Source: Malacoraja senta (taxonomy: Eukaryota). From it: DNA of 56,646 bases. Shown piece after piece: positions 37,521 to 48,879 of the stretch. The translations under genes and the position numbers were made by a program. The number at the start of each line of letters is the position of its first letter. The stretch's first letter is position 1. The notes under the pieces were generated by a model, which was not told the DNA's origin, did not search any database, and saw only the letters and a program-made list of their open reading frames with translations. Where the stretch lies: contig JAXLNO010000560.1 in the NCBI GenBank assembly GCA_038087875.1, forward strand, positions 1 to 56,646, in the 5' to 3' direction.

Positions 37521-37812
37521 GTGGTGACGCAGCGGTAGAGTTGCTGCCTTGCAGCGCCAGATACCGCGGTTCAATCCTGACTACGGGTGCTGTCTGTGCG
37601 GAGTTTGTACGTTCTCCCTGTGACCGTGCGGGTTTTCTCCAGGGTGCTCCGGTTTCCTCCCACGCTCCGAAGACGTACAGGTTGCTTCTGTAAATTTCCT
37701 CCAGAGCAAAACGGTGATAACATAGAACTGGTGTGCAGGTGGTTGTTGGCTGGCATGGACTCGGAGGGCTGAAGGGCCTGATTCCCTGCTGCATCTCTGA
37801 ACGAAACTAAAC
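37521..37812 (+). mobile_element. HE1 V-SINE
   Basis: Matches the consensus seen in the other copies. Confidence 0.88.
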
Positions 37813-38019
37813 AAAGTCGAAACCAAAAGTTCCTGTTTTTGCAACGAATCATAGGGAATTTACACTGGAGGCCACTCAGCCCATTGTGTCGATGCCATTT
37901 GGGATACGGCTGCCCAGCATCATTCAGTTTTGGCACGGTGAGGCGCACCTCCAAGCATCTTTACATGTGATCACGGTCGCTTCTTCCAGCACCCCTGTCC
38001 GACAATGAGTTACCCAGAA

Positions 38020-38760
38020 CAAACATAGATCATTGAACTGTACAGCACAAGGACAGGCCCTTCGGCCCAAAATGTCTGTGCCGAACATGATGCCAAGACC
38101 AACTCTTATCTGCCTGCACATAATCCACATCATTCCCTGCAGATCCGTATGTCTAGCCAAAAGCGTTTTAAATGCCACTAACGCATCTGCCTCCACCACC
38201 AATCCAGGCCGTGCATTCCAGCCCCTCACCACTCTCTGTTTAAAGAGTTCAAGAAGGAACTGCAGATGCTGGAAAATCGAAGGTAGACAAAATTGCTGGA
38301 GAAACTCAGCGGGTGCGGCAGCATCTATGGAGCGAAGGAAATAGGCAACGTTTCGGGCCGAAACGTTGCCTATTTCCTTCGCTCCATAGATGCTGCCGCA
38401 CCCGCTGAGTTTCTCCAGCAATTTTGTCTACCTCTGTTTAAAGAGGTTGGCCGCACATCTCCATTAAACTACGGCCTTCTCATCCTGAATCTATGCCCTC
38501 TAGTATTAGATTTTTCCATCCTGGATAAATGTTTTGACTATCTACCCTCTCTATGCCTTTTATATACTTCCCCACAATCTCTGGTGTTCCAGAGAAAACA
38601 ATCCATGTCTGTTCAACCTCTCCCTGTAACTAATACCCCCCCCCCTAATCCAGGTAACATGCTGGTAAACCTCCTCTGCACCGTCTCCAAAGCCTCCACA
38701 TCCTTCCTGTAATGGGGCAACCAGAACTGCAGGCAATATTCCATATGTGGCCTAAGCCCA
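38020..38760 (-). mobile_element. CR1/HER1 fragment hosting a palindromic Penelope-derived insert
   Basis: CR1 ORF2 C-terminal remnants and 3' motif. Confidence 0.8.
38248..38433. mobile_element. Penelope-derived fold-back mini-element with perfect 76-bp inverted arms and a target-site duplication
   Basis: 38281-38356 is the exact reverse complement of 38358-38433; CTCTGTTTAAAGAG at 38234-38247 and 38432-38445. Confidence 0.9.
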
Positions 38761-38999
38761 CTATATATCTATAAGAAAGAGCCCAAGAGGAACGTATGGC
38801 TGAACAAGTTATATAAAACACTGATGAGTGGCACAAGTTCTGGCCGATAAAGTAGACCATACAACCCAACTCACCTTCTCCATCTGCAATTCACCCACCT
38901 CATCGAACGTTCTTCAGCGATATTGCCTCACAAACCTACTTTGATACATATTCCACTCTGGGTGAGATCGATATACTTTCCTTGGACAAAGAGCAGAGT

Positions 39000-39245
39000 C
39001 ATAAGATCATAAGATCATAAGTGATAGGAGTAGAATTAGGCCATTTGGCCCATCAAGTCTACTCCGCCATTCAACCATGGCTGATCTATCGCTCCCTCCT
39101 AACCCCATTCTCCTGCCTTCTCCCCATAACCACTAACACCTGTATTAATCAAGAATCTATCTATCTTAAATATATCCACTGACTTTGTCTCCACAGCTTT
39201 CTGTGGCAAAGAATTCCACCGATCCACCACCCTCTGACTAAAGAG
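39000..39245 (-). mobile_element. CR1/HER1 3' fragment with (ATAAGATC)n tail
   Basis: CR1 3' UTR motifs. Confidence 0.85.
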
Positions 39246-39832
39246 TCCCCCGGGATAGATCTATGAGGAGAGGTTAAGACCAGTCCGTATCCATCGGAGT
39301 TTAGAAGAATGAGAGGTAACTCCATTATGACCTACACGTTCCTGAGATGGATTGGCAGTGGAGATATTTCCCCTGGTTGGACACTTTAGATGGCACTCGG
39401 GTGCTCTGGTTTCTTCCACCCTCGGGTTTGTAGGCAAATTGGCTTCCGTAAATTCCCCCCAGTGCGAAACTGGGATAACATCAAACAAGTGTCTGGGTGA
39501 TTGTTGACTAGTTCGGACTCGGTGGGCTGAAGGACATTTCTAAACGAAACTAAAATTTCCTGGTACGTAACAAATCATTGACAAAGTCAGAGGGGATTTA
39601 TACTGGAGGCCACTCAGAGTATTGTGTCGATGCCATTGGGGACATGGCTGCCAGCTTCATTCAATCCTGCACTAGGATGGCTGTGGAAGGTGTAAATTCA
39701 AGGCTGGCATCGATGGATTTAAGCATCCCAGGGAAATCATAGGGTGTGAAGATTTGTTATTGGGGGAGAGGAGGTGGAGAAGGATCAGCCATAGATTCAT
39801 TGAATTGTGGAGCAAATGGCCAACTCTGTAAA

Positions 39833-40917
39833 TGTAATCATTTATGGTTTTCTGCTGACTGGTTAGCACGCACAAAAGCTTTTCACTGTACCTCGGTACA
39901 CGTGACAATAAACTAAACTGAACTGAACTAGGACTCTATTAGGGTTAACGCCAACCTAACCACCCAGCAATGTAAGTTATCAAACAACTGTGATTTTACT
40001 CTTCTCCCTTGAGACAGACTGACTACTGACTTTTAATTTAATATGTTATCTTACAATTTCCTAACACCAAAACAAAATTTGACTGTGGTCAAGTTGAACC
40101 ATATCTCTTTAGGGCCTGTCCCACTTGGGCGACCTAATCCACGAGTTCTGGCGAGTTTGCCCTCGACTCATACTCGCAGCATGGTTGACACGAGGTCGTA
40201 GGAGGTCTTCGCAACTCTCCTTCATGCTCGAGAGTGGTCTCCGCGTACTCGAGGCCTCAGCTAGGTTGCAGCATTTTTTTCAATATGTTAAAAAATGCCC
40301 GCGAGTAAAGAAAGGTTGCCATGGAAAAAATCAACACTTTTTTTACTGGTAGGTTTAGTCGTAGTAGGTCGGCATGTTAGTCGTAGGTAATCGAGGGTAG
40401 TCGAAGGTAGTCGTAGATAGTCTTCATCATAGTTGAAGGGAGGTCGAAGGAGATCGAAGGAGGTCGTCTTCACCCTCCACTATTCGGTGTCCAATCTTCC
40501 CGAAGTTAGTCGTAGCTAGTCGAAGCTGGTCTTCAACATAGTCGAAGGAGGTCTTCTACATAGTCGAAGGAGGTCATTTAAAAAAAACTCTTCTAAACTC
40601 GCCAATTAGGTCGCCCAAGTGGGACAGCCCCTTTAATCACCTTAATGGAAGGAAGTGGTGAATCCTTCCAGTATTGTTTTCCACCCTCCACTCTGACTCC
40701 AATAGCTGACGGCAATGCCAGAGCCTTGCTAATAGTTCTTTCAGGGAGAAGAGTAAAATCACAGTTGTTTGATAACTTACATTGCTGAGTAGTTAGGTTG
40801 GCGTTAACCCTCGAGTCATAGTTCAGTTCAGTTTAGTTTAATGTCACGTGTACTGAGGTACAGTGAAAAGCTTTTGTTCCTGCTAATCAGTCAGTGGAAA
40901 GACAATAAATGATTACA
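39833..40917. repeat. Local inverted duplication, arms 39833-40009 and 40743-40917
   Basis: Each arm is a LINE tail plus about 75 bp of otherwise unique flank, in opposite orientation. Confidence 0.88.
40111..40632. mobile_element. MITE, PIF/Harbinger-like
   Basis: 28-bp TIR AGGGCCTGTCCCACTTGGGCGACCTAAT (1 mismatch), TTT/TTA flanks, CpG-rich interior with repeated TAGTCGAAGG. Confidence 0.85.
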
Positions 40918-41212
40918 ATCGAGCCATTCACAGTGTATAGATACATGATATGGGAATAACATTTAGTGCAAGGTAAAGCTAGCAAAGTCCGATCAAGGAT
41001 AGTCCGAGGGTCATCAATGAGGTAGATAGTCTGCTCTGTGGTTGTGGTAGGATGGTTCAGTTGCCTGATAACAGCTGAGAAGAAACTGTCCCTGAATTTG
41101 GAGGTGTGCGTTTTCACACTTCTGTACCTTTTGCCTGATGGGAGCGGGGAGAAGAGGGAGTGGCCGGGGTGCGACTCGTCCTCGATTATGCTGCTGGCCT
41201 TGCCGAGGCAAC
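40819..41212 (-). mobile_element. Rex1/Babar-like LINE 3' fragment
   Basis: CLGKASSIIEDESHPGHSLFSPLPSGKRYRSVKTHTSKFRDSFF plus tail. Confidence 0.88.
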
Positions 41213-41921
41213 AAACCATTCAGCATGGAAACTGGCCCTTCGGCCCAATTTGCACATGCTGACCAAGATGCCCCCATCTACGCTAGTCCCACCTGCCCAC
41301 CTTAGGTGTTGATATTGCACTGATTGTGATTGTATTAGTTAAGGAGGATTTGGAGTGAAGAAAGGTTGGAAAGCGCAGAGCACGACCTGCTTTCTCCACT
41401 GCGCACCTGAGTTGTAAAGGATTTGATTTTGATTTGATTAAAATGTTCAAAGAAGAGACTTACAGGATATGCTGAAAGACACCAGTCTCATTAATGTTAA
41501 TAGCTCCTTGAAATCACAGCTTTGTGACTGTAAAATAGCTAATCCCCATTGGAAAGAGATATTAACTACATTAGCCGCGAAACAGTCCATAAAGTGGGAC
41601 ATGTACTAATGAAAATTCTTGTAATATTACAGTACTCTCGCCTCACGAAGCTTCCTATCAAGGTTCCTCAGATATCCCTTGTCTTCACTGAGCATCAGCA
41701 ACCCGGCCACACACTGCGGGCTCAGTCTTATGGGAATAAGGGTGGTTTGAAAAGAATAACCTAAAGATGATGCAAGGGCGTTCAATTTATGAAGTCGTTT
41801 AAGCCACGTCGAGATTAGAAGCAGGTTTGGTTTATGCCACCTCCCTGCTATTCTCCGTTAATCTTTGCTGGATGAAGTCTGGTACTTTTGTAATTAAATT
41901 GCTCAATAGCTTGTCCTTTGA

Positions 41922-42205
41922 TTTAGTTTAGTTTAGTTTAGAGATACAGTGCAGAAACAGTCCCTTTGGACCACTGAATCCGTGCCGACCAGCGATCCCC
42001 GCACACTATAGCACTATCGTACACACTCGTACGACAGCTGTACGTCTTTGGAATGTGGGAGGAAACCGGACCACCCGGAGAAATCGCACAAGGTCACGGG
42101 GAGAATGTACAAAACCCCGTACAGACAGCACCCGTAGTCAGGATCGAACCTGGGTCTCTGGTGCTGTGAGGCAGCAATACTACCGCTGCGCCACCGTGCC
42201 GCCCT
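41922..42205 (-). mobile_element. HE1 V-SINE
   Basis: Matches the consensus seen in the other copies. Confidence 0.9.
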
Positions 42206-43074
42206 TGTTATCGCCACCTCTTCCCAATCAATGATAGGTATTTGACGAGCATATAGAATCATGGCCAGACGACAAATGCACAAAGAAAGAGCAGTGTCGA
42301 TCTCAGCCTCTGTAATGCTAGCATTATTCAACGATTAATCCTCGATTAACACGTGCAATCTCGACTAGTGATTCTCCTCCTGCTCGCTATTCAATGACGA
42401 AGCCTGCTGTAAAATGTGTCTAAATAAATGTTCAATGAAGATAGATTGAGATGAGCTGCCAACAGGGCCTTCAAAAGTCGCACGTGGCAAGGCTGAAATG
42501 AACTCCTTAAACTCGCGTCGTTCAAGAAAGGAGCGGAGGAAATAATAAACACAAATCACATTTTTATTCGTAGGTAGGAACTGCAGATGCTGGTTTGCAT
42601 CGAAGATAGACACAAAAAGCTGGAGAAGCTGAGTGTTTGTGTCTAACTTCACATTCTTATTCAATGGTTAGGCAGAGGTAAAGCTATTTTGTTCGATTCA
42701 GTTTGAAATGCTCCTTTAAAATAGCGTTGTCACTAAATGTGTAATTCACACATCTGCTACCCAGTCCATGGAGTTCATGTGCAGATATTTAACTTAACAC
42801 TTCAAAGATCTTCACATGGGAGGAGCTCCAACTTCAATTCATGAATTTGATCTTTGAAAACATATTTATAACTGTAACACAGAGGAACTCTTCCCACCAG
42901 TAATTTTCACTCATTTCATTGCTCAATCCACTCTTCGATTTACCACCCAAGTAATATTTGCGCGGTTAATCCCACATCCTCTTCACATACAACACCAAGT
43001 CTCACGCTATCAATATCCAGCAAGTACCACTGATCAAATCAGTAACTGGATGGACCATATCATTATTGTGACTA

Positions 43075-43388
43075 CCGTAGCGTAGCGGTAGAACTACTGC
43101 CTTGCAGCGCCAGAGACCCGGGTTCGATCCTGACTACGGGTGCTGTCTGTACGGAGTTTGTACATTCTCCCCGCGACCTGCGTGGGTTTTCTCCGAGTAC
43201 TTCGGTTTCCTCCCACACTCGGGTTTGTAGGTTAATTGGCTTGGTATAGATGTATAAATGTAAAATTGTCCCCAGTGCGTGTAGGATAGTGTTAATGTGC
43301 GGGGATCGCTGGCTGGCCGGCACGGACTCGATGGGCCGAAGGGCCTGTTTCTGCACTGTATCTCTAAACTAACAAAAAGCTAAACTAA
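43075..43388 (+). mobile_element. HE1 V-SINE
   Basis: Consensus match, B box GGTTCGATCC. Confidence 0.9.
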
Positions 43389-44669
43389 CCTATAGGCTGG
43401 GTTCCCTGCAAATGGTTTCTCATCTGACGACCCAATGGTTTTCCACTATCTGCAAGACACAAGTTAGACACGGCATGGATGATTCTCCATTTGGGGAGTG
43501 ACACCGACACTCAAGAAGAATAAGGTTTATCATTGTCACATGTACCGAGGTACAGTGAACTGCTTTGAACTGCATGCAATCCAATCACATCAGATAATAC
43601 TATTCACAAATACAGCTGGGCCAAAGCCAAGTACAATAAATGGAACAAAGGGGAAGATACAGAGTGCAGGTTATAGTTGTCAGCATTGTGGCGCACCAGT
43701 CCCATAGACAAAGTCCGCAATAGGGTTGACGTGAATCGGACAATACCCTAGTTTATGGAAGGACCGTTCAGAAGCCTGATAACACACACTTAAAGCTTTC
43801 CACTGTACCTCGGTACACGTGACCATAAACTAAACTAAACTAATCTAAACAGGGGGGAAGAAGCTGTCCCTGAGTCTGGTGCTGCCAAGCTTCTGTACCT
43901 TCTGCCATTTAGGAGTGGCGAGAAGAAGGAATAACCGTGGAGGGACAAGTCTGATGTTGGTTGCGTGAAGTGTAGATGGAGTCGTTGGTGGGGAGTCTGG
44001 TCTGTGTGATGGACTGGGCCACATCCACAACCCTTTGCTATTTCTTGTGGTCTTAGGTAGATCTTTTCCTAAACCAAGCTTTCTATGGTGCACTCTGTCT
44101 ATGAGAGATGCAGCACAGAATCAGGCCTTTTGGCCCCTCGGGCCCATGCTGACCATAACCGCCTATATCACTAATCCTGTGCTAAAGCAATCCATCTTTA
44201 AACTGTGGCCGATGTCCACCTGTTACCTGCCACGCTTTATCCTGCCTCGACACTTTTCCAGCTTTCCTCTCACTCCCCTTATGATCAGTCTGAAGAACGG
44301 TCACCTATCAACGTTCTCCAGAGATGTTGCCTGACCTGCTGGGTTACTCGCACTTTGTGTTCTTTCATCTTTATTCTCTCTGTATTGTTAGCAACCCCCC
44401 CCCCCTCCCACCCACCCCTCCCCTCCACCCCTCCTCCTCCATTCTAACACGTATCTACACACAAGGGGCGACTTACAGCAGTCAATTTCCCCCCTTTGGG
44501 ATGTGGAAGGAAACCCGAGCACCCGGGGGAAACCCGCACGGTCACAGGTAGAACGTGCAAACTCCACACGGACAGCAGCTGAGGTCAGGATTGAAACCGG
44601 GTCTCTACCAGCTGCACCACTGTGTTACTGGGCCTACCAAGCAGCAATGTGGGAATAGCTTCTGTGGGT

Positions 44670-44990
44670 AAACGCTCAGAATCTTTTGCCCAGAACAGGG
44701 GAATCGAGAACCAGAGGACATAGGTTTAAGGATAGGGGGGAAAGATTTAATGGGGTAACATTTTTACATAAAGGGTGGCGGGTGTATTGAACGAGTAGCC
44801 AGAGGAGGTAGTTGAGACACGTACTAACACAACATTTTAGAAACATTTAGACACGTACATGGATATACTAGATTTAGAGGGATATGGGCTAAAAGCAAGC
44901 AGGTGGGACTAGTGTAGATGGGGCATGTTGGTCGGCATGGGCAAGTTGGGCTGAAAGGCCTCTTTCCATGTTGTATGACTCTATGACTAA
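44670..44990 (+). mobile_element. CR1/HER1 3' fragment
   Basis: GESRTRGHRFK-like segment and HE1-shared 3' end. Confidence 0.82.
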
Positions 44991-45065
44991 AGGACTACGA
45001 CAGTTCATTCACCATCACCTCCCCAAGGGAGATTATGGACAAGCCTTGTCAGTGATGTTCATATT

Positions 45066-45520
45066 AGTTCAGTTCAGTTTATTGTCACGTGTACCGAGGT
45101 ACAGTGAAAAAAAATTGTTGCGTGCTAACCAGTCAGCAGAAGGACAATGCATGATTACAATCGAGCCATTTACAGTGTATAGATACATGATATGGGAATA
45201 ACGTTAGGTACAAGGTAAAGCCAGTAAAGTCCAATCAAGGATAGTCCGAGGGTCACCAATGAGGTAGATAGTAGTTCAGGACTTCTCTCTAGTTATGATG
45301 TAGGATGGTTCAGTTGCCTAATTACAGCTGGGAAGAAACTGGCCCTGAATCTGGAGGTGTGCTTTTTCACACTTCTATACCTTTTGCTCGATGGGAGAGG
45401 GGAGAAGAGGGAGTGGCCAGAGTGTGAATTGTCCTTGTTTATGCTGCTGGCTTTGCCGAGGCAGCGTGAGGTATAAATGGAGTCAATGGAAGGGAGGTTG
45501 GTTTGCGTGATGGTCTGGGC
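45066..45520 (-). mobile_element. Rex1/Babar-like LINE 3' fragment
   Basis: Same family as 40819-41212. Confidence 0.88.
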
Positions 45521-46084
45521 TTAGGATTTAATGAAGATTTAATGTGCATCATAGAATTGTCAATGATTATATTTACCACCTTCGGATAGCCAGTGAGGAA
45601 AATAAAAGCTGTTGATTAAACCATTACAGGTTTGCAGCCTCTGAATATAGACAAGTCCTGCCAACAGATTATCGCCTTCATTCACAGAGTCCCACTAAGG
45701 ACCATCAGGGTTCAATGTGTGCACTTCACTTCATCAGATCTGAACTAGTGCCAGCTCCCCAAGTGCATTTTTAATCATCGTTGGCAAACGGATCTCACTA
45801 GGAGCACTGGAGTGAATCAGGTTAAGGATCTCATTCTTAATTATTGTGGCCACGTCAGTCCTCCTCATTTCAGCATAGTAGATGGGGATGAGAGCAAGTT
45901 CATCAGATCCATCCACAAAGGGTCCCTCCATAGAAGTTTAAATTCCTTTGAAAGATGAAAATACATTTATTTAGAACCTTCTCCATCCCCAGAAAGTCCC
46001 TCGGACCTTCACAGTCAAGAGGGCCTGTCCGTCAAGAGTGCTTTATTAATCCCCAAACGCATCAATGAAATGCTTACTTTTTAG

Positions 46085-46396
46085 GTTTTTAGTTTAGCGA
46101 TACAGCGAGGAAACAGGCCCTTCAACCCACCGAGCCCACACCAGACCAGCGATCCCCATACATTATCACTATCCTACACGCACTAGGGACAATTTTACAT
46201 GTTTATACTTAGCCAAATAACATACAAACCCGCACGTCTTTGGAGTGTGAGATGGATGTAACCGAAGATCTCGGAGAAAACGCACGCGGTCACGGGGAGA
46301 ACATACAAACTCCGTACAGACAGCACCCGTAGTCAGGATCGAACCCGGGTCTCTGGCGCTGTGAGGCAGCAACTCTACCGCTGCGCCACCATGCCA
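46085..46396 (-). mobile_element. HE1 V-SINE inserted in a LINE tail
   Basis: Consensus match; TTACTTT occurs on both flanks. Confidence 0.9.
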
Positions 46397-46671
46397 CATT
46401 ACTTTCAGCAGCACAGCAGGTGATAACAAACATAGGACTCTGTAAACACCATAATAGACAATAAAAAATGTTTGGTATATATAAAAAACCAAACTATAAG
46501 AGTGCAAAGACAAATACAATGCCCCAAAGTCGGTGTCGTTCTTAGTTTAGTTGGAGGTTGTGGTGCTTAAATGCAGCAGTCACTGTTGTAACTAGGAGAG
46601 TGGTCATAGAATCATCCAGCATGGAAACAGGCCATTCGGCCCATCTTGCCCACATCATCCAAGGTGTCCCA

Positions 46672-47008
46672 GGGGCGCAATGGTAGAGTTGCTGCCTTAC
46701 AGCACCAGAGACCCTGGTTCAATCCTGGCTATGGGTGCTGTTTGTACGGAGTTTGTACGCTCTCCCCGTGACTGTGTCGGTTATCACCGGGTGCTCCAGT
46801 TTCCTTCCACACCCTAAAGACATGCAGGTTTGTAAGTTAATTAGCCGGTAAAAATTGTAAATTGTCCCTAGTGTGTAGGATAGTGTGAGTGTCCCTAGTG
46901 TGTAGGACAGGGTGATCGCTAGTCCCCGCGGACTCAGAGGCTGGAAAAAGTGCCTGTCTCTGCACTGTATCTCTAAAGTCCAAAGTCTACAGTCTAAAGT
47001 CTAAATCT
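46672..47008 (+). mobile_element. HE1 V-SINE inserted in a minus-strand CR1/HER1 fragment (about 46604-47155)
   Basis: Consensus match, (AGTCTAA)n tail; CR1 sequence resumes on both sides. Confidence 0.88.
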
Positions 47009-47199
47009 AGTCTCACCTGCCCGCGTCTGCCCCATGTCCCTTTAAACCTTTCTTGTCCATGAACCTGTCCAAGTGTCCTTTAAACATTGTGATAGTACTT
47101 GCCTCAACTGCCTTCTCTGGCAGCTCGTTCCATACACCCTCCACCCTCTGTGTGAGCAGCAGGTAGTTCATGCTCCCACACGAGACCATAACAGCTTCA

Positions 47200-47395
47200 T
47201 CTACTTCAGTGATGTGCACTGAAGGTTAAATATCGAACGTCCCTGCATTGTGACTGAATCATTTGTGTTCCCTTGTGGGAGCTCAGTTTAACATCTGATC
47301 AAAACGACAGCGTTTCTGATTCCCTCAGCCAGTGAATCAGCTGAGATATTTGAGATCGACCTTCTGGATTGAGATGGCGCCCAAACCCAGGCGAC
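47200..47395 (-). mobile_element. Ancient Deu-domain SINE relic
   Basis: Reverse complement GCTGATTCACTGGCTGAGGGA...GCTGTCGTTTTGATCAGATGTTAAACTGAG resembles the Deu core. Confidence 0.5.
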
Positions 47396-47404
47396 TTTAG
47401 ATAA

Positions 47405-47934
47405 GTTTAGTTTAGTTTAGAGATCCAGCACGGAAATACAGTCAGGCCCTTCAGGCCACCGAGTCCACACCGACCAGCAATCCTCCCACATTAACACTAT
47501 CCTAACCACGCTAGGGATAATTTACACATACACCAAGCCAATTTACCTACATACCTGGTAGACAGAAATGCTGGAGAAACTCAGCGGGTGAGGCAGCATC
47601 TATGGAGTGAAGGAAATAGGCAACATTTCGGGCCGAAGCCCAAAACGTCGCCTATTTCCTTCGCTCCATAGATGCTGCCTCACCCGCTGAGTTTCTCCAG
47701 CATTTTTGTCTACCTTCGATTTTTCCAGCATCTACAGTTCCTTCCTAAACAACCTACAAACCTGTACGTCTTTGGAGTATGGGAGGAAACCGAAGATATC
47801 GGAGAAAACCCACGCGGTCACGGGGAGAACGTACAAACTCCGTGCAGACAGCACCCGTAGTCAGGATCGAACCCGGGTCTCCGGCGCTGCAAGCACTGTA
47901 AGGCAGCAACTCTACCACTGCGCCACCGTGGCCC
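47405..47934 (-). mobile_element. HE1 V-SINE interrupted by a Penelope-derived fold-back insert (47558-47751)
   Basis: Duplication ACCTACA(T/A)ACCTG at 47545-47557 and 47752-47764. Confidence 0.88.
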
Positions 47935-48879
47935 CCTCGACTATTTGCGTGCTAGCCACAGAAGCAGATCTACAATCGCTCCGCACTCTTAAATCTCCAC
48001 TACTACAGCAACACTTCTCACTTTAACTACACTGAAAATGGATCGATTGGAATCATGTATTGTCTTTCTGCTGACTGGTTAGCACGCAACAAAGGCTTTT
48101 CACTGTACCTCGGTACACGTGACAATAAACTGAACTGAGCTGAATTCAGCTGGGCAGGAAGTCAATTAAAAATAGGAGCAGCAAGATAGAACTTTGCAGA
48201 ACCCTCGTCGGAGAGAGGAGGAGAACTTAAAAAAGGCTGAAGGAAGGTCTCGACCCAAAACGTCACCTATTCCTTCTCTCCAGAGATGCTGCCTGTCCCG
48301 TTGAGTTACTCCAGCATTTTGTGTCTATCTTTGGTGTAAACCAGCATCTGCAGTTCCTTTTTATTTGATTTAAGATGAAGATAGAAATGAAGAAATTCTG
48401 TAAGAACCAGCTTTTATTTCACCTGATATCCAGGTTAGGAATTCACAAATGGAATTCCTGCACATGCCCAGACTAGGCTTTAGACTTTAGACTTTAGAGA
48501 TACAGCGCGGAAACAGGCCCTTCGGCCCACCGAGTCCTTGAACTGGGCTGAACTGGGTTTGCCTGAGTCAGAATAAGGAAGGGTTACCTTCTTGCATGAA
48601 TTTCTCACTCTTGGTCGCACATTGACTTGTTTATTTGCAATGACTGAGTCGCTGTGTTAAGACAGCACCCAGAGGAATTTTCTGTAGGTGCTTCAAGCAA
48701 CGTGTCACCAGGAAAATAGCATCTGTGCGGAATAAGAGAAAGGAAGCAGGAAATAAGAGAATGGAAACTAGGTTTTGATAAACAAAACTTGTGTGTCTGG
48801 CACCGAATCAACAATTGTTCAATCCGATCTGTCACAAAATCTTTACCCTTTCCTATTCATCCTTATGCAGGATGGGCTT

